Origin: an uncultured Gammaproteobacteria bacterium
GTDB lineage: Bacteria > Patescibacteriota > Patescibacteriia > UBA1558 > UBA10009
NCBI GenBank assembly: GCA_964606355.1
Contig: CAZSGB010000001.1
Location: 1 to 24,256, forward strand
Length of the DNA stretch: 24,256 nucleotides
Direction: 5' to 3'
The position numbers and the translations under genes were made by a program. Each line of letters opens with the position of its first letter. Position 1 is the stretch's first letter. This document shows, piece by piece, positions 11,308 to 20,167 of the stretch. The notes beneath the pieces were generated by a model that saw only the letters and a list, made by a program, of their open reading frames with translations, had not been told where the DNA came from and searched no databases.

Positions 11308-11348
11308 AAAAAAAGAGGCCTTACCTAGAAATAGGTATGGCTTTTTTT
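11308..11348. terminator. Bidirectional intrinsic terminator between the antiporter and the convergent remnant gene
   Basis: A7, stem gcc-t-taccta / GAAA loop / taggta-t-ggc, T7. Confidence 0.75.
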
Positions 11349-11363
11349 CATCCGTTGATGAAA

Positions 11364-12144
11364 TTAGTTAAAATTAGCAAGTTTTTTCAAAGCCAGTTCG
11401 AAGATCTCCACTTTTCTTTTGTCGTCTCTTGTCTTATCAGCCAGGTTTTGCCATTGGAAGCGGGTTCCTTTGACTTGGGTTAATCATTCAAAGACAAACT
11501 TCTCTATTTTGACTCTGGCTTTTAATTCAATGACTTTATTTAAAATATCTCTGATGTTATAGAATCTATTCGGAGATTTCTTAAGGATGAGTCTCGGTAT
11601 GAATTCGGTGAATTGGTAATTTGGCCGAATTTTGAATTTTTTACTCATCTTTAGAAGATCATCGAGTGTCTGTACTAAATAATCACGTTGCTTAATTTTT
11701 TTTCTGTCCAGACTCCTAATCTTCGGATTTTGATGGGTTGCAGCTTCAAAAAGTCTTGCTTTATCAACTCGAGAGTACTGATTCAGATCCAATATTTTAC
11801 TAAAGGTTGCTAAGGCAAAATATTGGTCCGTTGAGTCGTTCGGAGACAGAGTAATTAAGGCCTCAAGAAATTTTCAATCACGATGGAAGTCAAGTTCACT
11901 TTCATGTCCTCGATATAAATCTTAAACAAAGTTCTACGAGCTGTTTTTTGTTAATCTGAACCTTTATTCGAGATAGTGGCGATTAACCACCAATTATCCT
12001 TGCTACTTGGTTTGGCACTTTTTATCATGTCACAAGGGTAATCTCTTTATCTGAATTATTTTCAGCCTCAAATCATTTTTGGTGCCATTAATCAAATATT
12101 GTTCGGTTTTTTCTTTTGGCAGTTTGGGAAGTATTAATTGACAT
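11364..12144 (-). pseudogene. Decayed gene of unknown family (contains track ORF 11484-11792)
   Basis: GGAG SD and ATG at 12144. Protein-like segments lie in shifting frames. The 11792 frame extends upstream to a TGA at 11874-11876 and continues 39 codons past the TGA at 11484-11486 (LTQVKG...KRKVEIFELALKKLANFN) to a TAA at 11364, next to the terminator. Confidence 0.5.
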
Positions 12145-12199
12145 TTTTACTCCTTTAAATTGTTTTTGTACGACAATATAACTTACTAAGATTTTAAAT

Positions 12200-12228
12200 T
12201 TGTCTCAAGGTAAGTTTTTTGCTAAAAT
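12200..12228 (+). promoter_or_regulatory. sigma70 promoter with extended -10 for the helicase-nuclease
   Basis: TTGTCT (12200-12205), 17 nt, TAAAAT (12223-12228) preceded by TGc; ATG lies 8 nt downstream. Confidence 0.6.
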
Positions 12229-12236
12229 AGCTTTGT

Positions 12237-15200
12237 ATGACATACAAGGATAAATTGAATAATGAGCAGAAAAAAGCGGTCCAATTTAAAGAGGGTCCGC
12301 TTTTAATTGTGGCTGGTGCCGGAACCGGTAAAACCACGGTTATTACTGAAAGAATTAATTATTTAATTACTGAAAAAAAAGTAAATCCTGAGGAAATATT
12401 AGCTTTAACCTTTACGGAAAAAGCAGCTCAAGAAATGGAAGAGCGAGTTGATAAAGCATTACCTATGGGTTACTTTGATTTATGGATTTCTACTTTCCAT
12501 TCCTTTGCTCAAAGAATTTTAGAGTCGCATGGCTTAGAAATAGGTTTAACCACTGATTTTAAGTTAGTTGATCAAACTGAGAGCTGGCTTTTAATACGTA
12601 ATAATTTAGATAAGTTTAATTTAGATTATTACCAACCACGTGGTAATCCCTCTAAATTTATACATGCTTTAATTAAACATTTTTCAAGATGTAAGGATGA
12701 ATTAATTACTCCAGAAGATTATTTAAAATATGCTGAGCAGTTTAGATTAGATAATGATCTTCGAAAAGACGAAGAAGCTGCTTTAGAAGTGAGACGCTTA
12801 GAAGAAGTAGCTAATGCATATCACACATATCAACAATTATTAATCGATAATGATTTATTAGATTTTGGTGATCTCATAAATTATTGTTTAGAGTTATTTA
12901 CTAAGAGACTAAATATTTTAAAAAAATATCAACAACAATTTAAATATATTTTAATTGATGAGTTTCAAGATACTAATTATGCGCAGTACCAATTAATTAA
13001 GTTACTTGGTAATGAGCATAATAACATTACGGTAGTTGGTGATGATGATCAATGCTTGCCTTCTGATTCAGAAGTGTTGACCGAAAAAGGAAAAAAGAAA
13101 ATAAAAAATATTAGAATTGGTGATGAGGTATTAACGGCAGTAGGTAAAGGGCATATTGGTATTTCTAAAGTTAATCATGTTCTTAAGAATAAGAAAAAAA
13201 CTAAACTGATTAGTGTAAAAACAAAAAAGGGTTACCAGGTTCAAATAACTGATAATCATAAGATGTTTTGTCATGTCTCATCTGCGAACGATAAAAATAA
13301 GTATTTTTATGTTTATTTAATGTGGAAGCAAAGTCTAGGTTGGAGAATAGGTATAACTAAAAATTTAGCATGGAGATTACCTTTAGAACGTTCGGCTGAT
13401 AAAATTTTAGGTATTAAAGCTTGTTTATCCGAGAAAGAAGCTAGATATCATGAACAATTATATTCTCTAAAATATTCTATTCCAACATATTGTTTTAAAG
13501 ATAGAGATGGTTTAATGCTTAAGGAAAATAAATTAAGTAGTTTATATAAGGAATTGGATGTTGAAAAAGGAGTAAAAAGATTAGCAAAAGATCTAAATAT
13601 TGACTTAAATAATGCACATATCTATCTAGCTGGTGTAACTAGAGGTAAAAGTAAAAGAATTAAAATTAATTTAAATATGTGTTATAGGTGTCATAGAAGT
13701 AAAGAGCATGTTAAGAAAAATAAAAAATTATTAGTAAATGGTCTAATTCAACATGAAGTAAATTTACAGACTTCAAATAAAGAAGTAATTAAAAAATTAG
13801 AAGATAATGGGTTTAAGCTTGCAAAAGCAAAAATAGGCAAACGATTACATATAGTTAGTAAAGATTTATTATATTTAGGAGGAGTAGTAAAAAAATTGGA
13901 AAATTTAACTAATGGAATAGTTGAGGTTAAGGCTAAAATAGGTAAGAAAAATTATCAGCATTTGCCAGCTGTAATTATACCTGCAAAAAATTTATTATTA
14001 GGTCATTTTTTGCCTGTTAAAGTTAAAAATCAAATAATATATGATGAAATAATTGATATCTCCGAACAAGACAAGATATTGACAGTCTATGATTTAGAAA
14101 TAGATAAAACTCATAATTTTATAGCTAATGGTATAGTAGTTCATAATTCAATATACAAATTTCGTGGAGCATCGGTTAGTAATATTTTAGAATTTAAAAA
14201 AGATTATCCAAAGAGTCAAGAAATATTTTTAAGTATTAATTATAGATCAAAACAAAATATATTAGATTTAGCATATAACTTCATTCAACTAAATAATCCA
14301 AATAGATTAGAAGTTAAATTAAAAGTAGCAAATAAAAAGTTATCTAAAAAATTGAAATCAGCGTTAGTTGGTGAAGGTATTATTGAGCATATACATGCTC
14401 CTAGTTTAGAAGAAGAAATGGCTGGAGTGATAAATAAAATACAAGAGATAACAAATAAAGAAAAAGGTATTAGTTATAATGATTTTGCTATACTAGTTAG
14501 AGCCAACAATCAAGCTAATTTGTTTGTTCAAGGTTTGGAACGTGCAAATATTCCATATCAATATGTAGCTTCTAAGGGTTTATTTGCTAAACCCATTGTT
14601 TTAAATTTAATTGCTTTTCTAAAGCTTTTAGATGATTATCATGAATCTGATGCAATGTATAGGGTTTTAACTATGCCCATGTGGAATTTAACTACCTTAG
14701 AAATTGTTCAACTTACCTATTTAGCTCGTAAAAAAGCTTGGTCTTTGTGGGAAGCAGTTAATCAATCAAAATATGAATTAAGATTACCTGATGGTACGCA
14801 AGCTCAGATAAATAGGGTAGTAGATATGATAAAGAATTATTCATCCTTAACTAAAGAAGAAAAAGTAAGTAAAATAGTTTTTGACTTTTTAAATGATTCT
14901 GGTTATTTAAAATTTGTTGATAGTGAAGACGAATTAGATAAAAGGCAGGACTTTTCTTATCTTGGGCAATTCTACAAAAAGATAAAAGTATTTGAAGAAT
15001 TTAATGATGACAAAAGTGTTAAGAATTTTTTAAAGCAACTGGGCTTAGAACTTGAATCTGGAGAACAGGGTAGTATGCAACCCTTAGGTGAAGATGAAGG
15101 TCCTGAAATGGTTAAAGTAATGACAGTTCACGCAGCTAAAGGTTTAGAGTTTAAATACGTATTTTTAGTTAATATGGTAGATCGGAGATTCCCTTCCATG

Positions 15201-16265
15201 GAAAGAAGTGAAGAGATAGAGTTACCTGATGAGTTGATTAAAGAAATCATTCCTGAAGGCGACATCCATCTTCAAGAAGAAAGAAGACTTTTTTACGTCG
15301 CTATGACTAGAGCTAAGCTTGGTCTCTTCTTAACTTCAGGTGAAGATTATGGCGGAATACGTAAAAAGAAGTTATCACTTTTTATGATAGATCTTGGTTT
15401 TAAACAAGTTGAACTTAAAAAGAATGATTTAAAAGTTTCTCAACTGGAAAAAGTAAAACCAATTAAAGTTAAAAAAACTAGTTATCATGATCTATTACCT
15501 AAACGATTTTCTTTTACCCAAATTAATGATTTTCAAAATTGTCCTCGTATGTACTATTATCGTTACATCTTAAAAGTACCTACTCAGGGTAATCAATATT
15601 TTAGTTTTGGTTCAACTATTCATTTGTCACTTCAAAGATTTTTTGAAGAGGCTAAAAAAAGACAAGGATTGAGTCAAGGTGACTTATTCTCTAAATCTAA
15701 AGAGGGACAACTTAGAAAAAAAGCTAGGGACCTAGTAAGTTTGGAGGAGTTACTAAGAATATATGAAGAGTCATGGCTAGATGATTGGTATCAGAATAAA
15801 AAACAGAAAGAAGAATATTTTAAAAATGGTAAGGAGATTTTAAAGAAGTTTCATAGTAGCCAACATTACTCAAAAATAATACCAGGCTATCTAGAAAAAG
15901 GTTTTACCATTAAAATAGGTGAGTACTCTTTAGGTGGTAAGATTGATCGAATAGATGATTTAGGTGATAGGTATAGGATCATTGATTACAAAACAGGTAA
16001 GCCTAAAATAAAGCTTGACGTGAATGATAAAGAACAACTCTTAATCTATCAAATGGCTTTAGAAAGCTGGCAGAATATGATAATTGAAGAATTAGTCTAT
16101 TATTATTTGGAAGATGATAGTTTAATGAGTTTTAAGGGCACAGATAATGAAAAGAAGAAATTAACAGATAAGATAATTAAAACAATTGAAGAAATAAAAG
16201 GTTTTGATTTTGAAAAATATATTAAGAACCATGAAAAGTGCATCTATTGTAAAGAAATACTATAA
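12237..16265 (+). CDS. UvrD/PcrA-type SF1 helicase fused to a C-terminal PD-(D/E)XK (RecB/AddAB/AdnAB-like) nuclease; intein-containing precursor (1342 aa, 977 aa after splicing)
   Basis: AGAGTGKT Walker A, LTFTEKAA, IDEFQD Walker B, GDDDQ/SIYKFRGA motif III split by the intein, NYRS, TVHAAKGLEF, EERRLFYVAMTRA. Nuclease: SFTQINDFQNCP, GKIDRID, IIDYKTGK, QLLIY. Confidence 0.93.
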   Translation: MTYKDKLNNEQKKAVQFKEGPLLIVAGAGTGKTTVITERINYLITEKKVNPEEILALTFTEKAAQEMEERVDKALPMGYFDLWISTFHSFAQRILESHGLEIGLTTDFKLVDQTESWLLIRNNLDKFNLDYYQPRGNPSKFIHALIKHFSRCKDELITPEDYLKYAEQFRLDNDLRKDEEAALEVRRLEEVANAYHTYQQLLIDNDLLDFGDLINYCLELFTKRLNILKKYQQQFKYILIDEFQDTNYAQYQLIKLLGNEHNNITVVGDDDQCLPSDSEVLTEKGKKKIKNIRIGDEVLTAVGKGHIGISKVNHVLKNKKKTKLISVKTKKGYQVQITDNHKMFCHVSSANDKNKYFYVYLMWKQSLGWRIGITKNLAWRLPLERSADKILGIKACLSEKEARYHEQLYSLKYSIPTYCFKDRDGLMLKENKLSSLYKELDVEKGVKRLAKDLNIDLNNAHIYLAGVTRGKSKRIKINLNMCYRCHRSKEHVKKNKKLLVNGLIQHEVNLQTSNKEVIKKLEDNGFKLAKAKIGKRLHIVSKDLLYLGGVVKKLENLTNGIVEVKAKIGKKNYQHLPAVIIPAKNLLLGHFLPVKVKNQIIYDEIIDISEQDKILTVYDLEIDKTHNFIANGIVVHNSIYKFRGASVSNILEFKKDYPKSQEIFLSINYRSKQNILDLAYNFIQLNNPNRLEVKLKVANKKLSKKLKSALVGEGIIEHIHAPSLEEEMAGVINKIQEITNKEKGISYNDFAILVRANNQANLFVQGLERANIPYQYVASKGLFAKPIVLNLIAFLKLLDDYHESDAMYRVLTMPMWNLTTLEIVQLTYLARKKAWSLWEAVNQSKYELRLPDGTQAQINRVVDMIKNYSSLTKEEKVSKIVFDFLNDSGYLKFVDSEDELDKRQDFSYLGQFYKKIKVFEEFNDDKSVKNFLKQLGLELESGEQGSMQPLGEDEGPEMVKVMTVHAAKGLEFKYVFLVNMVDRRFPSMERSEEIELPDELIKEIIPEGDIHLQEERRLFYVAMTRAKLGLFLTSGEDYGGIRKKKLSLFMIDLGFKQVELKKNDLKVSQLEKVKPIKVKKTSYHDLLPKRFSFTQINDFQNCPRMYYYRYILKVPTQGNQYFSFGSTIHLSLQRFFEEAKKRQGLSQGDLFSKSKEGQLRKKARDLVSLEELLRIYEESWLDDWYQNKKQKEEYFKNGKEILKKFHSSQHYSKIIPGYLEKGFTIKIGEYSLGGKIDRIDDLGDRYRIIDYKTGKPKIKLDVNDKEQLLIYQMALESWQNMIIEELVYYYLEDDSLMSFKGTDNEKKKLTDKIIKTIEEIKGFDFEKYIKNHEKCIYCKEIL
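13053..14147 (+). mobile_element. Intein (365 aa, residues 273-637) with putative GIY-YIG-like endonuclease cargo
   Basis: Starts CLPSDSEV (Cys1); block B ITDNHKMF; block F VYDLEI; ends HNFIANGIVVHN followed by Ser+1. Removal restores VGDDDQ-SIYKFRGA. Confidence 0.95.
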
Positions 16266-16294
16266 TTGCCAAAAGATGCTAAAAATAGTAAAAT
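16266..16294 (+). promoter_or_regulatory. Candidate sigma70 promoter for the membrane protein-pheST unit
   Basis: TTGCCA (16266-16271), 17 nt, TAAAAT (16289-16294). Confidence 0.5.
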
Positions 16295-16338
16295 ATATAG
16301 GTATTTAAGTGGATAAACGATAATTTTTGTTATATATT

Positions 16339-16716
16339 ATGACTACTAAACAATTTGTTTTATTATTGGGTATTATTACCTTAATCTGTCTGGGAGCTTT
16401 TGTCATGGTACTTTTTTTTATTAACCCCGAAACTACCAGTATAATTGGTTTTTTACTCTTTTATCTCTCCTTATTTTTTGGGATAACCGGTATTATGTCT
16501 TTAATTGGTTTTTTAATGAGATCAGTCTTTACCCATAGATTTGAGGTTTTTGAACAAGCTCAAATATCTTTTCGTCAAGGCGTATTCTTCGGTATTATCT
16601 TAGCTGGTTCTATGTTTATGCAAGCTAATCGGTTACTTACTTGGCTTAATGCTTTACTTTTAGTTATGTTACTAACTATTATTGAATTTTTAATTATTTC
16701 GCTCAAAAAAACTTAA
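16339..16716 (+). CDS. Hypothetical four-TM membrane protein
   Basis: Four hydrophobic segments with an SFRQG motif. ATG at 16339 is preferred over the track TTG at 16327; sits 3 nt before pheS. Confidence 0.75.
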   Translation: MTTKQFVLLLGIITLICLGAFVMVLFFINPETTSIIGFLLFYLSLFFGITGIMSLIGFLMRSVFTHRFEVFEQAQISFRQGVFFGIILAGSMFMQANRLLTWLNALLLVMLLTIIEFLIISLKKT

Positions 16717-16719
16717 AAT

Positions 16720-17739
16720 ATGTTAGATGAATTAAAAAAATTAAAAGAAGATGCTTTAAATGAATTTAAGAAGGTTAAAGAGTCTGAAGAATTACAAAGA
16801 TTAGAAACTAAGTATTTAGGTAGAAAAGGGGAGTTAACAAAATTACTTAAGAAAGTTAGGGATTTAGCTTTAGAGGAAAAGCCAAGGGTAGGTAAATTTG
16901 CTAATGAGGTAAAGAGTGAAATTGCTAAAACTATTAATGATATTAAATATGAATTAGGTAGCCATGAAGGTAGGCACGAAGCAGAGTATTTTGACCTGAC
17001 TTTACCGGGTAAAAAGTATAAAGCTGGTCATTTTCACCCTTTAACTTTAGTTCAAAAACAGTTAGAAGAAATATTTGAGAGAATGGGTTTTATGGTTTTA
17101 GAAGGACCTGAGCTTGAATCAGAGTATTACAACTTTGAAGCCTTAAATATTCCTGAAACTCATCCAGCTCGTGATACCATGGATACCTATTATCTAAAAA
17201 ATAAAAAGGGTTGGTTACTTAGAACTCATACTTCTAATCAACAAGTTAGAACCATTGAAAAGTATGGCGCTCCACTTCGAGCTGTTTTTCCTGGTAGATG
17301 TTTTAGATACGAAGCAACTGATGCTTCACACGAAACTACTTTTAATCAATTAGAAGGCTTAATGATTGATAAGGATATATCTATTGCTAACTTAATTGCG
17401 GTAATGAAATCATTACTTCGTGAAGTTTTGAATAAAGACGTTAAAGTAAGAATGAGACCAGGCTATTTTCCTTTTGTGGAACCTGGTTTTGAATTAGATG
17501 ATTCATGTTTAATTTGTTCTGGTAAGGGGTGTAGTGTTTGTAAGAAATCAGGCTGGGTAGAACTTTTACCTTGTGGTCTAGTCCATCCTAATGTTTTAAG
17601 GGCAGGTGGTCTTGATCCAAAGGTTTATTCAGGTTTTGCCTTTGGTCTTGGTTTGACAAGACTCGTTATGATGAAATATGAAATAGATGATATACGCTTA
17701 CTGTTAAGCGGAGATTTAAGATTTTTAAATCAATTTTAA
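16720..17739 (+). CDS. pheS: Phenylalanine--tRNA ligase alpha subunit
   Basis: HPARDTMDT, LLRTHTS, GRCFR, FNQLEGL, YFPFVEP, CxxC-x3-CxxC insert, GFAFGLG, DDIRLL. Confidence 0.98.
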   Translation: MLDELKKLKEDALNEFKKVKESEELQRLETKYLGRKGELTKLLKKVRDLALEEKPRVGKFANEVKSEIAKTINDIKYELGSHEGRHEAEYFDLTLPGKKYKAGHFHPLTLVQKQLEEIFERMGFMVLEGPELESEYYNFEALNIPETHPARDTMDTYYLKNKKGWLLRTHTSNQQVRTIEKYGAPLRAVFPGRCFRYEATDASHETTFNQLEGLMIDKDISIANLIAVMKSLLREVLNKDVKVRMRPGYFPFVEPGFELDDSCLICSGKGCSVCKKSGWVELLPCGLVHPNVLRAGGLDPKVYSGFAFGLGLTRLVMMKYEIDDIRLLLSGDLRFLNQF

Positions 17740-17742
17740 TAT

Positions 17743-20163
17743 ATGCAAATATCTTTAAACTGGTTAAAACAATACGTAGATATACCAAAAGATTTAGAGC
17801 CTAAGGATCTAGCTTTAAAATTAACTATGGCTACAGTTGAAATAGAGAATATTATTGATCAGAGAGAACGCTTTAATAATATTATTGTGGGTGAAATAAT
17901 TGATATTGTAGATCATCCTGATGCTACTAAGTTAAAAGTCTGTCGAGTTAAAACTGGTAAAGAAGAATATCAAATAGTTTGTGGCGGTGCTAACATTTAT
18001 CAAGGTCTAAAAGGTGTTTTAGCTTTACCTGGGGCGCAAGTTAAATGGCATGGGCAAGGAGAATATGTAAAATTAGAGAAAACTAAAATACGTGGCATTG
18101 AGAGTAATGGTATGCTATGTGCTGCTGAAGAAGTAGATTTGCCTGAGATTTATTCTGTTAATGGTGGGGTAGTTGATTTAGGAGCTAAGGTAAAAATTGG
18201 ACAATCGATTGCTGAAGTATTTGGTTTAGATGATGTAATCTTTGAAATTGATAATAAATCTATTACTCATCGTTCTGATTTATGGGGTCATTATGGTTTA
18301 GCTCGGGAAATAGCCGCTATCTTTGATACTAAGTTAGGACAACTTAAAACTGATATCTTAAAAGAAGGTAAGGAGGTTGATTTAAAGGTTGAGATTGAAG
18401 ATAATGAGAATTGTCTAAGATACATGGCGGTAGCGATTGGAAATGTTAAGATTGAAGCTTCACCGGATTGGCTACAGAATTTTTTGAAAGCCGTAGGTAT
18501 TAGACCAATAAATAATATCGTTGATATTTCTAACTTTGTTATGTTAGAGTTAGGGCAACCAACTCATGCTTTTGACAGAAAAGATATTACTGATGATACG
18601 ATTATTATTAAAAGAGCTAAGGGTAAAGAGAAGTATAGAACCTTAGATAATATTGAAAGAGAATTAGATTTAAATACTTTACTTATTTGTGATAAAAAGA
18701 GACCAGTCGCTTTAGCTGGAGTGATGGGTGGATTAAATAGTGAAGTTGAAGAGAAGACGGAAGAAATCATATTTGAAGTAGCTAATTTTAATCCAGTTAA
18801 TATCCGTAAAACAGCTACTCGTTTAGATCTTCGTACTGATGCAGCTACTCGTTTTGAAAAAGGTTTAGATCCAGGTTTAGTGGAAATAGGTATGAAACGA
18901 GTTATTACTTTAATTCATGAATTATTACCTCAAGCTAGATTAACAAGTAAAGTAATTGATATAAATAATCTTAAAGCTGAAGCTAGAGTGATTGAACTAA
19001 GTTTAGACTTTTTAAAACGTCGAGTAGGCATTGAAATACCTAAAAAAGAGGTTATACGTATTTTAGAAAGTCTTTCCTTTAAAGTCAGTGATAAGAAAGG
19101 TGAACTGTCAGTTACCGTACCTGATTTTAGAACAAAAAAAGATATTTTTATTGTCGAAGACTTAGTTGAAGAAATTGCTCGTATTTATGGTTATGATAAT
19201 ATTGAACAAGTTATGCCATATATTTCCATGGAACCTCAGGAATATAATCAGGAAAGGGAAATAGAAAGACAGGTAAAAAATATCTTAGTTAATGTCGGTG
19301 GTTTAAATGAAGTACTTAATTATTCCTTTATTTCAGAGAAACAGATTCTTAATTTGGGTTTGGAATTAGAAAATCATTTAGAGCTTAAGAATACATTATC
19401 CCAAGATCAAAAATACTTAAGGTCTAGTTTAATCTTTAATTTACTTCATAATGTAAGTGATAATTTAAGATTTTTTAAGGAGTGTAAATTATTTGAATTA
19501 GGTAGGGTTTTTAATCTAAAAGCAGGGGAATATAGTTTTAGCCCGAAGAGTAAAGAACTATTATCTAGTCAAAGTAAAGAGTTAGCTGGCGTGGTGATTA
19601 ATGATAATCCTTTTATTGAAGTTAAAGGATTAGTTGAAACTTTACTTAACTTGTTAGAAGTAAAATATGAGTTAAGAATCAATAAGAATAATTCAGGTCA
19701 TGTTTTAGATAATACAAAATGTTTAGAAATTATTATTGGTGACAATTTAATTGGTTATCTTGGTGAAGTTGATAAAAAAATATTAAGTAAAAATGAGATT
19801 AAAGTTAAGGTAGGGTATTTTCAGATTAATTACAAAGAATTCCTTAAACATGTAGCTGATAACTTAAAATATGAGCCATTACCTAAATATCCAGGCATGA
19901 CCTATGATTTGTCCATAATAGTGCCATTTAAGGTAAATTGGGCTGATTTGGAACAAGAAGTAAGGTCTACTAGTAAATTAATACAACAAGTTGAATTATT
20001 TGACGTTTACCAAGTATCTAAGTTAGGGCCTAATAAGAGATCACTAGCTTTTCATATACATTTTCTTGATAAAAAGAGAACTTTAGAGACTAAAGAAGTT
20101 GAGAAAATAAGGGAAGAGATAGTTAAAAAATTAATTAAAAAATTTAAGGCAGAAATAAGATAA
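17743..20163 (+). CDS. pheT: Phenylalanine--tRNA ligase beta subunit
   Basis: HPDATKL/IVCGGAN OB fold, GIESNGMLC, DNKSITHRSDL, NNIVDISN/GQPTHAFD editing domain, RFEKG, DLVEEIARIYGYD, C-terminal FDX-ACB (RSLAF). Confidence 0.98.
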   Translation: MQISLNWLKQYVDIPKDLEPKDLALKLTMATVEIENIIDQRERFNNIIVGEIIDIVDHPDATKLKVCRVKTGKEEYQIVCGGANIYQGLKGVLALPGAQVKWHGQGEYVKLEKTKIRGIESNGMLCAAEEVDLPEIYSVNGGVVDLGAKVKIGQSIAEVFGLDDVIFEIDNKSITHRSDLWGHYGLAREIAAIFDTKLGQLKTDILKEGKEVDLKVEIEDNENCLRYMAVAIGNVKIEASPDWLQNFLKAVGIRPINNIVDISNFVMLELGQPTHAFDRKDITDDTIIIKRAKGKEKYRTLDNIERELDLNTLLICDKKRPVALAGVMGGLNSEVEEKTEEIIFEVANFNPVNIRKTATRLDLRTDAATRFEKGLDPGLVEIGMKRVITLIHELLPQARLTSKVIDINNLKAEARVIELSLDFLKRRVGIEIPKKEVIRILESLSFKVSDKKGELSVTVPDFRTKKDIFIVEDLVEEIARIYGYDNIEQVMPYISMEPQEYNQEREIERQVKNILVNVGGLNEVLNYSFISEKQILNLGLELENHLELKNTLSQDQKYLRSSLIFNLLHNVSDNLRFFKECKLFELGRVFNLKAGEYSFSPKSKELLSSQSKELAGVVINDNPFIEVKGLVETLLNLLEVKYELRINKNNSGHVLDNTKCLEIIIGDNLIGYLGEVDKKILSKNEIKVKVGYFQINYKEFLKHVADNLKYEPLPKYPGMTYDLSIIVPFKVNWADLEQEVRSTSKLIQQVELFDVYQVSKLGPNKRSLAFHIHFLDKKRTLETKEVEKIREEIVKKLIKKFKAEIR

Positions 20164-20167
20164 AAAT

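Noticed and set aside
11867-11873. Programmed -1 frameshift at A_AAT_TTC (minus strand) joining MKVNLTSIVIENF to LEALITL
   Set aside because: It fits the X_XXY_YYZ pattern, but I see no convincing downstream stimulator and the locus has several other lesions, so decay is simpler.
11364-11924. TGA recoding (code 4 or 25) to explain the two in-frame TGAs
   Set aside because: No core gene needs TGA read-through, atpZ ends in TGA, TGG and GGA are used normally, and frameshifts plus TAA stops are still needed to rebuild the gene.
14148-14400. Co-conversion tract with intein-like codon usage downstream of the intein
   Set aside because: A hand comparison of Ile and Ala codons with the upstream extein showed no clear difference; needs a proper computation.
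16308-16316. DnaA box (reverse complement TTATCCACT) suggesting oriC
   Set aside because: Single 8/9 match in a short spacer; similar matches occur inside CDSs; no cluster.
16266-16719. T-box riboswitch upstream of pheS
   Set aside because: pheS directly follows a membrane-protein gene; no leader space and no T-box motif.
18564-18770. Minus-strand ORF, 68 aa
   Set aside because: Antisense shadow of pheT.
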